This document shows, one piece after another, positions 62,544 through 64,000 of a stretch of 64,000 nt of DNA. Position 1 is the first letter of the stretch; every line of letters starts with the position of its first letter. This stretch comes from Salinivirgaceae bacterium (GTDB lineage Bacteria; Bacteroidota; Bacteroidia; Bacteroidales; SZUA-534), in the NCBI GenBank assembly GCA_017645945.1, contig JAGCNL010000087.1, forward strand, positions 11,847 to 75,846, read 5' to 3'. The notes beneath the pieces are model-generated. The model saw nothing but the letters and a program-made list of their open reading frames with translations. It was not told the DNA's origin and did not search any database. The translations under genes and the position numbers were made by a program.

Positions 62544-63772
62544 TGCGTTATCGTTTTATAAATTGAATCGTACGCTGCCGCGCCTTTATCGAGCGAGAAC
62601 ATCTCGCAGGCCAGTCGGCGCGAAGCCTCACGGTCGGCAGGCAGTTCAAGCATTTTTCTTATCGCTTCAGCGTAATCATTTCGCGTCCAACCGTTTACAA
62701 GCACACCTAACGGATTGTTTTCAATAATTCCATCGACATCGCCAACACCCTTGTTGGTGACGCAGGCGATTCCCAAAGCCATCAGTTCGGCAAGTTTGGT
62801 GGGCGACGACGCCTTTTTCGACCAAACAGGCTTAATGAAGAACAGCGACGCGCTCGAGAGCATTGCCAACTGTGGCACTTCGTTGCGTGTGGCGGGTTGC
62901 ACAATTATGTGGTCCACACCGATTCCGTGCCGTGCAGCCTCTTCGAGAATTAGTTGCTTGTTGTCGCGGGTAATGAGCAGAAAAACTGCATCGGGGCGCA
63001 CGGCGAGCAGTTCGGCAAAAAAGTCCATCATCTCGGGCAGCATATACCACGTCCCGACGGAGCCCAGATACGATAGCACAAATGCGTTTTTATCAATGCC
63101 AAGTTTTTGCCGCCACAGCTCAATATCTTGTTGATTATGAGTTCTATAATCGAAATGATTAACGTCGGCGCAGCAGGGAATGACCGTGATTTTTTCGGCC
63201 GTCACGTTTGGCAGATTCCATTGCAGAATCTCGCTTTTGGCGGCATTGGTCAGGCTCACAATGGCATCGCAACCCGACATAAAGTCTTTTTCCTTGCGTT
63301 TAAAAAAGTTATATACAAGTCTGTAAATCAGTTTTTTTGTATTCCAAATATTGCCATCAACACGCTCATCGGCATAGAAGCCGCGCATATCGAACACAAA
63401 GCGGCAACCGAACTTGTTTTTTAGCGCAAGCCCCACAAAAGCAGCAATATAACTGCGGCAATGCACAATGCCGAAGTCTTTCTGCCGCGTGAGTTTGAAC
63501 GCCATCCGCTTGATTGTCAGAATGTCGAGCAGAGTTGAAATTATTGGCGGGCGTTTGGTGTATGACATTGGTTGCCAGTCGATTCCTGCCGCATCGACGA
63601 TACCCCGAACTTCCGATTCGCCTTGAGCGAAAACTTCAGGCTTTTCGGCACTGATAAGCGTTATGCGCCAGCCTTTTTCCGTCAGGGCGCACAAGTACGG
63701 TAGCACTTGCGAGCGGCCCAGCGAATCGGTCATTCCATCATATGATATATATAGTATCTGATTGGGTATCAT
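62540..63772 (-). CDS. glycosyltransferase family 4
   Basis: 410 aa. N-terminus ILYISYDGMTDSLGRSQVLPYL. C-terminus LLITRD...ASLFFIKPVWSKKASSPTKLAELMALGIACVTN. ATGA overlaps at both ends. Confidence 0.85.
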   Translation of the reverse strand: MIPNQILYISYDGMTDSLGRSQVLPYLCALTEKGWRITLISAEKPEVFAQGESEVRGIVDAAGIDWQPMSYTKRPPIISTLLDILTIKRMAFKLTRQKDFGIVHCRSYIAAFVGLALKNKFGCRFVFDMRGFYADERVDGNIWNTKKLIYRLVYNFFKRKEKDFMSGCDAIVSLTNAAKSEILQWNLPNVTAEKITVIPCCADVNHFDYRTHNQQDIELWRQKLGIDKNAFVLSYLGSVGTWYMLPEMMDFFAELLAVRPDAVFLLITRDNKQLILEEAARHGIGVDHIIVQPATRNEVPQLAMLSSASLFFIKPVWSKKASSPTKLAELMALGIACVTNKGVGDVDGIIENNPLGVLVNGWTRNDYAEAIRKMLELPADREASRRLACEMFSLDKGAAAYDSIYKTITH

Positions 63773-64000
63773 ACGTTTAGAATGAATTGTTTGATAGCGT
63801 CTTCATCGGCACGGTCGAACCAGCGCATTTGTGGATAGCGGTTGAACCAAGTCATCTGTTTTTTGGCGTAACGCCGTGAGTTTCTTTTGATTAGACGCAC
63901 GGCTTCGTCAAAATCGTATTCGCCGTCGAAGTAGCCGAAAAACTCTTTGTAACCAACCGTGTTGAGAGAATTTAAATGCTTGTATTGGTGCAGATTACGT
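63769..64000 (-). CDS. miaA: tRNA dimethylallyltransferase, C-terminal part (gene continues beyond the right window edge)
   Basis: Reverse-complement translation ends ...LNTVGYKEFFGYFDGEYDFDEAVRLIKRNSRRYAKKQMTWFNRYPQMRWFDRADEDAIKQFILNV*. The GYKE and R.YAK.Q.TWF motifs are MiaA hallmarks. The TGA overlaps the downstream ATG. It is missing from the ORF track because it is truncated. Confidence 0.8.
   Translation of the reverse strand, partial: RNLHQYKHLNSLNTVGYKEFFGYFDGEYDFDEAVRLIKRNSRRYAKKQMTWFNRYPQMRWFDRADEDAIKQFILNV

Noticed and set aside
1-64000. A search by eye for tRNA/rRNA genes, CRISPR arrays, IS elements, integrases, or phage or conjugation genes.
   Set aside because: I found no cloverleaf-compatible sequences in intergenic regions (a GGTTCGAA-like string near 40600 is inside the LTD gene). 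There are no regularly spaced repeats and no ORFs with DDE or tyrosine/serine-recombinase motifs. A tRNAscan-SE/Infernal/ISEScan run would be needed to be certain.

Overview
This window looks like a chromosomal segment from a Bacteroidota (Bacteroidales-like) genome. The taxon is inferred from three things: T9SS type-A and type-B C-terminal sorting domains, a PorP/SprF gene, and repeated TAnnTTTG -7 promoter boxes 15-110 nt upstream of start codons. Most of the window is housekeeping: era (partial), an oadGAB-like Na+-decarboxylase operon, ogt, serB, tgt, an lptF/G-like permease, recJ, tilS, asd, proS and miaA (partial). Four accessory blocks stand out. (1) 5.0-20.7 kb holds a T9SS cargo cluster: a 2494-aa PKD-array protein with a type-B CTD, an overlapping PorP/SprF gene, and a 2341-aa modular protein with a type-A CTD. 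(2) 33.3-40.9 kb holds glycan genes (a GT4, an asparagine-synthase-like gene, Wzx) next to a 1132-aa protein with three lamin-tail domains. (3) 45.4-48.2 kb holds an extremely low-complexity lipoprotein followed by a FadL/PorV-like barrel. (4) 50.5-58.8 kb is a defence island that appears to have replaced most of a resident gene. It contains gene remnants, a YhcG-like PD-(D/E)xK nuclease, and a tightly coupled five-gene operon: two m5C methyltransferases, an orphan 246-aa ORF, a McrB-like AAA+ protein with no N-terminal DNA-binding domain, and a DUF2357/McrC-like nuclease. That operon is my best candidate for something new. It is LlaJI-like, but the DNA-recognition module seems to be detached or replaced. 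By eye I found no rRNA, tRNA, CRISPR array, transposase or integrase. All family assignments rest on motifs I could read in the translations; no database search was run.
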